A DNA stretch of 13,117 nucleotides from Escherichia coli (GTDB taxonomy: Bacteria > Pseudomonadota > Gammaproteobacteria > Enterobacterales > Enterobacteriaceae), in the NCBI RefSeq assembly GCF_003334815.1, contig NZ_QOWO01000058.1; one strand, given 5' to 3'. Under the pieces are notes generated by a model, which was not told the origin of the DNA, did no database searches, and saw only the letters and a list, made by a program, of their open reading frames with translations. The translations under genes were made by a program, and so were the position numbers. Positions 1-8,260 of this stretch are shown in pieces (position 1 is the first letter of the stretch; every line of letters starts with the position of its first letter).

Positions 1-39
1 TGCCTCTGCCGTCTGCATAAGACTATGATGCACAAAAAT

Positions 40-135
40 AACAGGCTATAATGGCCTGAAAAACGGGACAGGATGTGTAATTGTAATACCGTCACACGCG
101 ACGCTATTACAATTACCATCTGGTCAGGGCTTCGC
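40..135 (+). other. oriT: Candidate origin of transfer (oriT) upstream of nikA, with inverted repeats
   Basis: Perfect 12-bp inverted repeat GTAATTGTAATA (77-88) / TATTACAATTAC (105-116), extendable to about 17 bp with one indel (72-88 vs 105-120). Second short palindrome CAGGC-TATAATG-GCCTG (42-58) containing a TATAAT hexamer (47-52). Position immediately 5' of a nikA/nikB relaxosome operon matches the R64 oriT arrangement. Exact nic site not determinable by eye. Confidence 0.6.
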
Positions 136-160
136 CCCGACACCCCGTAAGGAGCCTGAA

Positions 161-493
161 GTGAGTGATAGTGCAGTAAGAAAGAAAAGTGAGGTACGGC
201 AAAAGACAGTTGTCAGAACACTCAGATTCTCTCCTGTTGAGGATGAAACCATCAGGAAAAAAGCTGAAGATTCCGGACTTACTGTATCTGCTTACATCCG
301 AAATGCAGCACTGAATAAGCGAATTAACTCCCGTACAGATGATGCTTTTCTGAAGGAGTTAATGAGACTGGGAAGGATGCAGAAGCATCTGTTTGTTCAG
401 GGAAAAAGAACCGGTGACAAGGAATACGCAGAAGTACTTGTTGCCATAACCGAACTTACAAATACATTGCGTAAACAGTTAATGGAAGGTTGA
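161..493 (+). CDS. nikA: Relaxosome accessory protein NikA (ribbon-helix-helix, oriT-binding), 110 aa
   Basis: GTG start at 161 preceded by SD TAAGGAG (148-154); stop TGA 491-493. 110-aa basic protein directly upstream of the relaxase gene; size and position match NikA of IncI1 R64. Confidence 0.88.
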   Translation: MSDSAVRKKSEVRQKTVVRTLRFSPVEDETIRKKAEDSGLTVSAYIRNAALNKRINSRTDDAFLKELMRLGRMQKHLFVQGKRTGDKEYAEVLVAITELTNTLRKQLMEG

Positions 494-503
494 GGATTCT
501 CCG

Positions 504-3203
504 GTGAATGCAGTCATTCCGAAAAAGAGAAGGGACGGCAAGTCTTCGTTCGAAGACCTGGTGTCCTACGTCTCTGTCCGGGATGACATGACCGATGAGG
601 AACTGAATTTATCTTCTTCTTCGCAGGCTGAACAACCGCACCGGAGCCGCTTCAGTCGTCTTGTTGATTATGCAACACGCCTTCGAAATGAATCATTCGT
701 GGCACTGGTTGATGTCATGAAGGACGGCTGCGAATGGGTTAACTTTTATGGTGTGACCTGTTTTCACAACTGTACATCTCTTGAAACTGCCGCTGCAGAT
801 ATGGAGTACATTGCACAGCAGGCACACTATGCGAAAGATAATACTGATCCTGTTTTTCACTACATTCTTTCCTGGCAGGCCCATGAAAGCCCGCGTCCGG
901 AACAGATTTATGACAGTGTACGCCATACCCTGAAATCTCTCGGGCTGGGTGAACATCAGTATGTCTCTGCCGTGCATACCGATACTGATAACCTGCATGT
1001 TCACGTTGCGGTCAACCGGGTGCATCCGGTTACAGGTTATCTCAATTGCCTTTCATGGAGTCAGGAAAAACTCAGCCGTGCCTGCCGTGAGCTTGAACTG
1101 AAGCATGGTTTTGCTCCGGATAACGGTTGCTGGGTCCATGCGCCGGGAAATCGTATCGTTCGCAAAACTGCCGTTGAACGTGATCGCCAGAACGCTTGGA
1201 CACGCGGAAAAAAACAAACTTTTCGCGAGTATGTTGCGCAGACAGCGGTAGCTGGTTTACGCAGTGAACCTGTACATGACTGGTTATCCCTGCATCGTCG
1301 TCTTGCTGAAGATGGTCTGTACCTGTCTCAGATGGACGGAAAATTTCTGGTGATGGATGGCTGGGATCGCAACAGGGAAGGTGTACAGCTTGACTCGTTT
1401 GGCCCTTCCTGGTGTGCAGAAAAACTCATGAAAAAAATGGGTGACTACACGCCAGTACCAAAAGACATTTTCAGCCAGGTGGAAGCACCAGGACGCTATA
1501 ATCCGGACTTCATTGCAGCTGATGTTCGCCCGGAAAAAATCGCTGAAACAGAAAGTCTGCAGCAGTATGCCTGTCGTCATCTTGGAGAACGTCTGCCGGA
1601 AATGGCACGGGAAGGACGGCTGGAAAACTGCCAGGCTATTCACCGCACACTGGCTGAAGCGGGATTATGGATGCGTGTTCAGCATGGTCACCTGGTTATC
1701 TGTGACGGTTATGATCATAACCAGACTCCCGTTCGTGCTGACAGCGTATGGTCACTGCTGACGCTCGACAATGTGAATCAACTCGATGGTGGCTGGCAGC
1801 CTGTACCAACAGATATTTTCCGCCAGGTTACGCCAACAGAACGCTTCCGTGGTCGTCGTATGGAGAGCTGTCCTGCGACCGATAAAGAATGGCACCGTAT
1901 GCGTACAGGTACGGGGCCGCAGGGGGCTATCAAACGCGAACTGTTTTCTGACAAAGAAAGTCTGTGGGGATACAGCATCAGCCATTGTAGCCCTCAGATT
2001 GAAGAAATGATCACACAGGGTGAGTTTACCTGGCAGCGTTGTCATGAGCTGTTTGCACAACAGGGACTGATGCTACAGAAACAACATCACGGGCTTGTTG
2101 TCGTTGATGCCTTTAATCATGAGCAAACGCCGGTGAAAGCCAGCAGCATTCATCCTGATCTGACACTGGGGCGTGCGGAGCCACAGGCCGGACCTTTTGT
2201 GAGTGCCCCAGCAGATTTGTTTGACAGGGTGCAACCTGAAAATCGCTATAACCCGGAGCTGGCTGTCAGTGACAGGTACGGGGTCAGCAGTAAACGTGAT
2301 CCAATGCTGCGCCGGCAGCGACGTGAAGCCAGGGCTGAGGCCCGTGCTGACCTGCGTGCCCGCTATCTGGCATGGCGTGAACAATGGCGTAAACCAGATC
2401 TGCGTTATGGGGAACGTTGTCGGGAAATTCATCAGGCATGCCGTCTGCGGAAGTCACACATTCGTGCGCAGTACGATGATCCGGCATTACGTAAGCTGCA
2501 TTATCACATTGCAGAAGTTCAGCGAATGCAGGCATTGATCAGGCTGAAAGAAGACATCAGGGATGAGCGACAGAAACTTATTGCTGACGGGAAGTGGTAT
2601 CCACCCTCTTACCGTCAGTGGGTCGAAATTCAGGCTGCTCAGGGAGACAGGGCTGCTGTATCGCAGCTGAGAGGCTGGGATTATCGCGATCGCCGTAAAG
2701 ACAAGTCACGCACAACGACGACAGACCGCTGTGTCGTGCTTTGTGAACCGGGCGGAACGCCGGTATACGGTAATACCGGTGATCTCGAGGCCCGTCTGCA
2801 GAAGAACGGGAGTGTTCGTTTCCGTGACCGTCGGACGGGAGAGTTGGTCTGTACGGATTATGGTGACAGGGTTGTTTTCCGTAATCACCATGACCGCAAT
2901 GCGCTGGCAGATAAACTAGATTTGATTGCACCTGTATTGTTTGAGCGTGATCCCAGAATGGGCTTTGAACCAGAAGGAAACGATGGACAGTTTAATCAGG
3001 TCTTTGCTGAAATGGTGGCATGGTACAATGTGACGGGATTCTCTGAACATGGAAATTACGTTATTACTCGACCGGACGTAGATCAGCACAGGGAAGTGAG
3101 TGAGCGGGGCTATCGCAATTACATGGATAGTAACACTTACAGAGATGGAGCTCAGCCAGTTCAGGATAGTGAGAATCGCTGGGAACCTCCAACACCGGTG
3201 TAA
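504..3203 (+). CDS. nikB: Conjugative relaxase NikB (MOB-P family), 899 aa
   Basis: GTG start at 504 with GAGGA (492-496) upstream; stop TAA 3201-3203. Contains the MOB-P histidine-triad motif HTDTDNLHVHVAVNRVHP (compare RP4 TraI HxDxxxxHxH) and an N-terminal Tyr-containing region (DLVSYVSV). The 899-aa length agrees with R64 NikB. Confidence 0.93.
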   Translation: MNAVIPKKRRDGKSSFEDLVSYVSVRDDMTDEELNLSSSSQAEQPHRSRFSRLVDYATRLRNESFVALVDVMKDGCEWVNFYGVTCFHNCTSLETAAADMEYIAQQAHYAKDNTDPVFHYILSWQAHESPRPEQIYDSVRHTLKSLGLGEHQYVSAVHTDTDNLHVHVAVNRVHPVTGYLNCLSWSQEKLSRACRELELKHGFAPDNGCWVHAPGNRIVRKTAVERDRQNAWTRGKKQTFREYVAQTAVAGLRSEPVHDWLSLHRRLAEDGLYLSQMDGKFLVMDGWDRNREGVQLDSFGPSWCAEKLMKKMGDYTPVPKDIFSQVEAPGRYNPDFIAADVRPEKIAETESLQQYACRHLGERLPEMAREGRLENCQAIHRTLAEAGLWMRVQHGHLVICDGYDHNQTPVRADSVWSLLTLDNVNQLDGGWQPVPTDIFRQVTPTERFRGRRMESCPATDKEWHRMRTGTGPQGAIKRELFSDKESLWGYSISHCSPQIEEMITQGEFTWQRCHELFAQQGLMLQKQHHGLVVVDAFNHEQTPVKASSIHPDLTLGRAEPQAGPFVSAPADLFDRVQPENRYNPELAVSDRYGVSSKRDPMLRRQRREARAEARADLRARYLAWREQWRKPDLRYGERCREIHQACRLRKSHIRAQYDDPALRKLHYHIAEVQRMQALIRLKEDIRDERQKLIADGKWYPPSYRQWVEIQAAQGDRAAVSQLRGWDYRDRRKDKSRTTTTDRCVVLCEPGGTPVYGNTGDLEARLQKNGSVRFRDRRTGELVCTDYGDRVVFRNHHDRNALADKLDLIAPVLFERDPRMGFEPEGNDGQFNQVFAEMVAWYNVTGFSEHGNYVITRPDVDQHREVSERGYRNYMDSNTYRDGAQPVQDSENRWEPPTPV

Positions 3204-3228
3204 AGAATGTTATAAACGGGAGATTATT

Positions 3229-3801
3229 ATGGCTTATGTCGATGATTTTAAAGAAGCAATAATCAGGACTCGGCGGTTACAACTTGCGCAACCCGTTGAT
3301 TTATGTGAGATGCATACTCGCATAATGAACGATAAACGAATCCGCCATTTGGGAGGAATTATACGTCCTGTACTGGATCTGAATTCTGGGTATGAACAAC
3401 TGGTTGCGCGATGTATGCCTGTTCATCTTCAAGCCAGACCTTTGGTTGAAGAATGGCTGGGATGTCCTGTTTATTTTACGTTGGGATGGATTGATGATGG
3501 GACCCCAAAAGGTATGTTCAGGTTTGATGAGGACTTTATTACTGATACATTGAAAAATGGTTATACAGGAGATACTGTCAATCTTCATGCATGGCTAACT
3601 TTACCTAGTATGGAAATTATAGATATCACATTATCAACAACAATTTCTATGTTGCAGGGGCATAAGAATCAGTTAGGCGGTGTTATTATCAAGAGAGCTG
3701 ATGATATTAAAGGCTTCTCATATAAGCCAATGCTTATTGGTGATGAATTCCTGTTAAAATCTGGTATATTGCATAAGTTTACATATCTAGAATTGAACTA
3801 G
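3229..3801 (+). CDS. Hypothetical protein, 190 aa, hydrophilic, no recognised domain
   Basis: ATG at 3229 with GGGAG (3218-3222) 6-7 nt upstream; the longer ORF-track start at 3100 overlaps the nikB 3' end and has no RBS. Stop TAG 3799-3801. AT-rich codon usage like the adjacent microcin island. Convergent with mcpB. Confidence 0.6.
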   Translation: MAYVDDFKEAIIRTRRLQLAQPVDLCEMHTRIMNDKRIRHLGGIIRPVLDLNSGYEQLVARCMPVHLQARPLVEEWLGCPVYFTLGWIDDGTPKGMFRFDEDFITDTLKNGYTGDTVNLHAWLTLPSMEIIDITLSTTISMLQGHKNQLGGVIIKRADDIKGFSYKPMLIGDEFLLKSGILHKFTYLELN

Positions 3802-3850
3802 TGTTTTTTAAATAAACTGGTTTTTTGACGTTCTTATCTCTGTTCAGAAA

Positions 3851-6040
3851 TCACCTCCTGTTGGGATGATTATTTATATTATGAGTTCTGACAGGTCGAT
3901 ATTTTATTTCCGAAAAGTGACCATCTCTCAGATACAGAACTCTGTCTGCGGATGCTATTGTTTCTGGTCGATGAGCTATTAACAGAACAGGAATTCCGAG
4001 TTGGCGTAATGTCTGGCTTATTTCTATTTCACTTTCCACATCAAGATGACTGGTTGCTTCGTCCAGTAATAATAGACTAGGTTTTTTATACAGTGCTCTT
4101 GCCAGTAGAATACGTTGCTTCTGACCACCGGAAAGTCCCCCCCCGGTTTCTCCAAGCAATGTTTGATAGCCCATTGGCATTGCCATAATATCACTGTCTA
4201 TAAGTGCCAGACTTGCGCATTTACGCATGTGTTCATGATCTCTAATTTCGCTAAAAAACATTATATTATCAGCTATAGAACCTTTGAAAAGATAGTCATC
4301 TTGCAATACAGTGCCAATTCGTTGACGAACCTGAAAATAATCAGAATGTGTATGTGGTATGCCAAATGCATTAATTCTTCCTTCACTGGGTGTATGAATC
4401 CCAAGAATAAGCTTTACCAATGTTGATTTGCCACATCCTGATTTACCTGTTATTGCTAATATTTCTCCAGGAAAGAGCATTAGTGACGCGTTATCCAATA
4501 TGGGTTTATCTGCGCCCTTATGGCTAAATGTTATTTTTTCGATAAGTAATGGTGGATGGGTATTATCATATTTATGTTCTCTGTACTGGCTTGCAGATAT
4601 TGTTTCATTATGGTTTGCCCAATGGTGCTGATTCTGGTGACCTTCCTGTGGTGTTAGCACAATATCGGCAAGTCTCTCGTTATAAACATCAAGCATGCGC
4701 CAGGAAAAAAAGTTATCAGTCAGATTGCTTATACTGGATGAAAAACGCATCTGATAGGATAAGTAAGCAACCAACATACCCACGGTAAATGTCCCATCCA
4801 GCACTTCTACTGCACCCTGCCACAAAATAATGGCTGAAACTACACTTTCCGTCAGTGTATGCGTCAGCTCATAGCTCATTTGTAAACGATTCTGGCGTAG
4901 CTGTGTGTTTCTGCGGGTAACGTTGAGGTTCAGCCAGGCCGCTTCTCTGTGAATAGTTACACCGTTGATTCTCAGACTCTGAATGCCGTTAAGGGTTTCG
5001 AGAAAATGCCCCGACTCCTTAGTTCCTGCATCCCAGACATCTTCAACAGATTGCCGTAAAGCCGGATACCACAATGCTCTCAGTGCGCCATATATAATAG
5101 CTGCAATTACTGCGATTAATGTCATTCCTGGACTATACAACAGCATCATGCAAAGAGCAGTCACAATAAGTAGCATATCCAGAATGCCTTCAAGAACCTG
5201 CGTTGTCAGCGCCTGCTGGATTATATCTACTGCTTCAAAACGGGCATTAATACTTCCTTTACTTCGGGCATCGAACCATGCAAGAGGGAGTCTTACAAGA
5301 TGATGGAAAACTCTGGCAGTCCATTGCATGTTAAAATTGACTGATAAACTGATCGTTGCCCATTGTCGTGCCAGGGAGAGTAATAATTGTATGAGTGATA
5401 ACAACAGTAGTGCCACTATAATGACATACAACAGACTTCTGTCTGCTGCAACCAGAACTTCATCAATTACCAGTTGATTAAGAAGTGGACCACCTAAAGC
5501 CAGAATCTCAAGGGCCAGAGCAAAAATAATAATTTTTGTCATTGATGCTAAAAGCCCCGGGGTTTTCCCTGTCAGTTGGCGCAGGTGGATTTTTTTTCTC
5601 TCGTTCCGGGGGGTGAAATCACTGGCTGGAGTTAATTCCAGTGCCACTCCTGTAAAATGCTTACCTGCGTCCAACAGACTTATTGTAATTTTTCCTCTGT
5701 CCGGATCATGGATGTATAACCGGTTTCCCCGAACTTTATGGAGAACGACGAAATGGTTCATATCCCAGTGCAGAATAGATGGAAGATTAAGACACCTCAG
5801 ATCTTCGGGTTCCAGACGAACTGCACGTGATGATAAATGGATGGACGCTGCACATTCGATCAACCTTTGTAGCGTCATTCCCTGAATACCTATATTGAAA
5901 CGTTCCCGTAATGTCGATAAATCTGTTTTCAGTCCATGCCAGCAGGCAATCATAGCCAGACACGCCAGACCGCATTCAGCTGATTCGGTTTGACGGATAA
6001 CGGGTAGTTGTTTCCTTACTTTCCAGTTTATTGATTCCAT
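3851..6040 (-). CDS. mcpB: Microcin ABC exporter with N-terminal C39 double-glycine peptidase domain (CvaB-like)
   Basis: C39 peptidase motifs (QTESAECGLACLAM catalytic Cys, HFVVLH His), a transmembrane domain, Walker A GKSGCGKST, ABC signature LSGGQKQR, Walker B LLLLDEATS, H-loop IAHR. Start chosen at the ATG 6040-6038, which overlaps the upstream gene stop as TAATG and has a GGA-containing SD (AAAGGAAA). The ORF-track start at 6088 adds 16 aa and lacks an SD. N-terminus aligns with CvaB (PVIxQTExAECGLACLAM). Confidence 0.92.
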   Translation of the reverse strand: MESINWKVRKQLPVIRQTESAECGLACLAMIACWHGLKTDLSTLRERFNIGIQGMTLQRLIECAASIHLSSRAVRLEPEDLRCLNLPSILHWDMNHFVVLHKVRGNRLYIHDPDRGKITISLLDAGKHFTGVALELTPASDFTPRNERKKIHLRQLTGKTPGLLASMTKIIIFALALEILALGGPLLNQLVIDEVLVAADRSLLYVIIVALLLLSLIQLLLSLARQWATISLSVNFNMQWTARVFHHLVRLPLAWFDARSKGSINARFEAVDIIQQALTTQVLEGILDMLLIVTALCMMLLYSPGMTLIAVIAAIIYGALRALWYPALRQSVEDVWDAGTKESGHFLETLNGIQSLRINGVTIHREAAWLNLNVTRRNTQLRQNRLQMSYELTHTLTESVVSAIILWQGAVEVLDGTFTVGMLVAYLSYQMRFSSSISNLTDNFFSWRMLDVYNERLADIVLTPQEGHQNQHHWANHNETISASQYREHKYDNTHPPLLIEKITFSHKGADKPILDNASLMLFPGEILAITGKSGCGKSTLVKLILGIHTPSEGRINAFGIPHTHSDYFQVRQRIGTVLQDDYLFKGSIADNIMFFSEIRDHEHMRKCASLALIDSDIMAMPMGYQTLLGETGGGLSGGQKQRILLARALYKKPSLLLLDEATSHLDVESEIEISQTLRQLGIPVLLIAHRPETIASADRVLYLRDGHFSEIKYRPVRTHNINNHPNRR

Positions 6041-7293
6041 TACAGATTTCCTTTCATGCTCCATAGTGGCTCTGTCAGCCATTCCCATAAATGACGAGTA
6101 TCAAGGTTGACGTCTCCTTCCAGAGTCATGCCTGGTCTTAGCGGTTCTTTTTTTCCGTATGCAAATATAAATGTATTTTCAGGCTCAACAATAACGCGAT
6201 AATGCCCTTCGTTTTCTTTCCATGTGACGGGTGAAACTGGTAATAAGTCGGAAGGAGCCAGAGTCGTATGACTGATTTCACGAATTGTGCCGTACTGGAT
6301 ACCAAATTTCTGATAAGGGAAGGCCGAAAACTTCAGAGATACTCGTTGACCTGGTCGGATAAAACCGGCTTTCTGGCTGGTAGCATAAAGCTCAATTTGT
6401 AAATGAGCATTATCGGGAATGAGAGTCATGACCGGTTCTGATGCTTTCACAGACTGCCCCTGTTTGATCAGTACAGCAGCAATAGTCCCGGATACTGGAG
6501 CCCTCAGTGTAAATTTTTCTTGTCCGGCCAGTTCATCCTGTTGTTGTTTTAGCACCTGCAATTGTCTGTCGAGTTCTGCTTTACGGCTTTTCCCCTGAAC
6601 AATAAGATGATTTAGTTCATCTTTGGCTGTGTCCATTGCAGTATGCAACTGGAGAAGCCCCTGACGCTGATCTTCAACGTTTTGTTGAGCGGCAGAAACA
6701 TCAATTTGTTTCTGTTGGAATTCGATATCTGACACATAATGCGTACCAGCCAATTTTTTATAGCGTTCCATGACGGATATAGCCAGTTCTGCCTGACGTT
6801 CAGCAAGCTGAAGTCTTTGTTCTGCACTTCTTATTTGTGGCTCAAGTGATACCATCCTTTGCCGTATGGCTTCCTGTTGTTGACTATTATCTCGCGACTC
6901 AAAGGATTGCTGGGAGGCCAGCATGATAGACTGGGTTTTCAGGGAAATACTCATCGTTGCTAATGTGCCAGTTCCGTTACCGTTATAATGTTCTCCACTT
7001 ATATGATAGAGTTGTGTCCCTGCAGTTACGTGTTCTCCTTCGGATACAGTCAGTTGTGTTACATATCCTGCATATTGAGGAATTATTTTTACCAGTCCTG
7101 ATGAGGGCATGACGATACCTGTAAGATGCGCTTTCCTTGTATAGCTACCGTAATAGATGAATACAGTCAGACTTAACATAATGAATAATGTAACTGTTGC
7201 ACATACGGATAGGCTAAATGATGTTGGTAAAATAATGTCACCATATTCAGTGTCATTATGATGTTCTATTGCTTCACTTCTGAATATATTCAT
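6040..7293 (-). CDS. mcpD: HlyD/CvaA-family membrane fusion protein for microcin export
   Basis: N-terminus MNIFRSEAIEHH aligns with CvaA MFRQDALENRK, followed by a single TM helix and a long coiled-coil Q/E-rich periplasmic region. Start taken as ATG 7293-7291; the ORF-track start at 7329 is a TTG with no SD. Stop TAA 6042-6040 overlaps the mcpB start. Confidence 0.88.
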   Translation of the reverse strand: MNIFRSEAIEHHNDTEYGDIILPTSFSLSVCATVTLFIMLSLTVFIYYGSYTRKAHLTGIVMPSSGLVKIIPQYAGYVTQLTVSEGEHVTAGTQLYHISGEHYNGNGTGTLATMSISLKTQSIMLASQQSFESRDNSQQQEAIRQRMVSLEPQIRSAEQRLQLAERQAELAISVMERYKKLAGTHYVSDIEFQQKQIDVSAAQQNVEDQRQGLLQLHTAMDTAKDELNHLIVQGKSRKAELDRQLQVLKQQQDELAGQEKFTLRAPVSGTIAAVLIKQGQSVKASEPVMTLIPDNAHLQIELYATSQKAGFIRPGQRVSLKFSAFPYQKFGIQYGTIREISHTTLAPSDLLPVSPVTWKENEGHYRVIVEPENTFIFAYGKKEPLRPGMTLEGDVNLDTRHLWEWLTEPLWSMKGNL

Positions 7294-7395
7294 TCTTTTT
7301 AATACAATAACTAACCTTTCTGTCAACAAGAGGGGTTGGTTGAATAATATTGATATTTGATATACATCTTACCTGTGTGATGTTAAAGTTTTATA

Positions 7396-8031
7396 CTATA
7401 ATATATTTAACAATATAACAAAGCCGTTTATCCCCGCATGTAACAGCATTGGATAGAAAATCCCCTTACTGCAAATTCTTATATTCAACAATAACATTGA
7501 CATAATAAACAGAATAATTTGATCAGCTACATTATAATACTGCGGATGCATCAGGCAGAAAAATAAAGATGTACACACGCAGGGGGTGAATAATTCTTTT
7601 TTATAAGTCGCACATAGAAGGCCGAATAAACATGTTCGGTAAACAATTTCTTCATAATACGGAACTATCAGGACCAGTATAAATATTTCAATCCAATTAA
7701 GTGAAGTTGATTCACTATTGTTTAAATTGTCTCTATAAGCAAAAATAAGCAGTTGCATGAGAGCAATTACAGCAAATGATATTACTAATAGCTTTAATGT
7801 TTTCGCATTTGTCTTTATGGTGATTTTACAACCTGGTATTCTTCTTAAGTAAAAAATATAAAATGAAGTTGATATTAAAATTTCAGTAATAAAGACAAAG
7901 GAAAATGCCAGGTCCAAACCAATATATTGTATGGTGAATGCTGGTGTGAATATCACAACTGTTGATATAACAACAAGTAGAAGAAACGCTATCGCATTAT
8001 CTTTGCTGTATTTATATATGTTATCATTCAT
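7396..8031 (-). CDS. mcpA: CPBP-family (CAAX protease / Abi-like) intramembrane metalloprotease homologue, 211 aa
   Basis: Polytopic membrane protein with the three CPBP motifs: EExxxR (EEIVYR), FxxxH (FFCLMH) and HxxxN (HAGIN). Very AT-rich. ATG at 8031-8029 lies 4 nt after the mcpI stop (TAG 8038-8036). Confidence 0.85.
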   Translation of the reverse strand: MNDNIYKYSKDNAIAFLLLVVISTVVIFTPAFTIQYIGLDLAFSFVFITEILISTSFYIFYLRRIPGCKITIKTNAKTLKLLVISFAVIALMQLLIFAYRDNLNNSESTSLNWIEIFILVLIVPYYEEIVYRTCLFGLLCATYKKELFTPCVCTSLFFCLMHPQYYNVADQIILFIMSMLLLNIRICSKGIFYPMLLHAGINGFVILLNIL

Positions 8032-8035
8032 AATG

Positions 8036-8236
8036 CTATTTCGCGGAGATTGTTCTTATTTTTTCTATGATATAGTCCATGAATCTTGCTGTGGAAAAAA
8101 GAGTGATCAGCATGACTACAATCTTTGAAAACTCGGAAGGGAGTGAAAACCAGTATAAATCAATAACAGAGGAGCCACTCAATAGCGCAAATCCCAGTAA
8201 CAAACCACATATAAAGGAAAGTAATTTAATAAACAT
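8036..8236 (-). CDS. mcpI: Small two-helix membrane protein, probable microcin immunity protein (66 aa)
   Basis: Small hydrophobic ORF immediately downstream of the precursor gene, the usual position of class II microcin immunity genes. Start chosen at ATG 8236-8234 (MFIKLL...) because GGAGG lies 8-9 nt upstream; the ORF-track start at 8251 would add 5 aa (MEGAT). Confidence 0.7.
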   Translation of the reverse strand: MFIKLLSFICGLLLGFALLSGSSVIDLYWFSLPSEFSKIVVMLITLFSTARFMDYIIEKIRTISAK

Positions 8237-8260
8237 AGTAGCGCCCTCCATTATATCTAT

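Noticed and set aside
693-2931. Multiple 60-120-aa ORFs on both strands inside nikB (e.g. 693-1025 -, 1284-1643 -, 1441-1761 +, 1752-2060 -, 2073-2432 -, 2203-2538 +, 2578-2931 -)
   Set aside because: All are embedded in or antisense to the 899-aa relaxase frame, which has clear conserved motifs. None has an RBS or recognisable protein features; they are typical shadow ORFs.
3802-3850. Possible bidirectional terminator between the convergent hypothetical gene and mcpB
   Set aside because: The region is T-rich but contains no convincing GC-rich stem-loop, so no terminator was called.
4115-5975. Several + strand ORFs (4115-4426, 4428-4631, 4549-4788, 4983-5303, 5613-5885) and 5787-5975 -
   Set aside because: All lie within or antisense to the ABC exporter gene, whose frame is confirmed by Walker A/B, signature and C39 motifs.
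6041-6088. Longer N-terminal extension of the ABC exporter starting at ATG 6088 (MGMADRATMEHERKSV...)
   Set aside because: No Shine-Dalgarno sequence upstream. The ATG at 6040 has a GGA-containing SD, overlaps the upstream stop as TAATG and gives an N-terminus that aligns with CvaB. The extension cannot be fully excluded.
7294-7329. ORF-track start of the HlyD-like gene at 7329
   Set aside because: The codon at 7329-7327 is TTG with no SD. The ATG at 7293 yields an N-terminus (MNIFRSEAIEHH) that aligns with CvaA (MFRQDALENRK).
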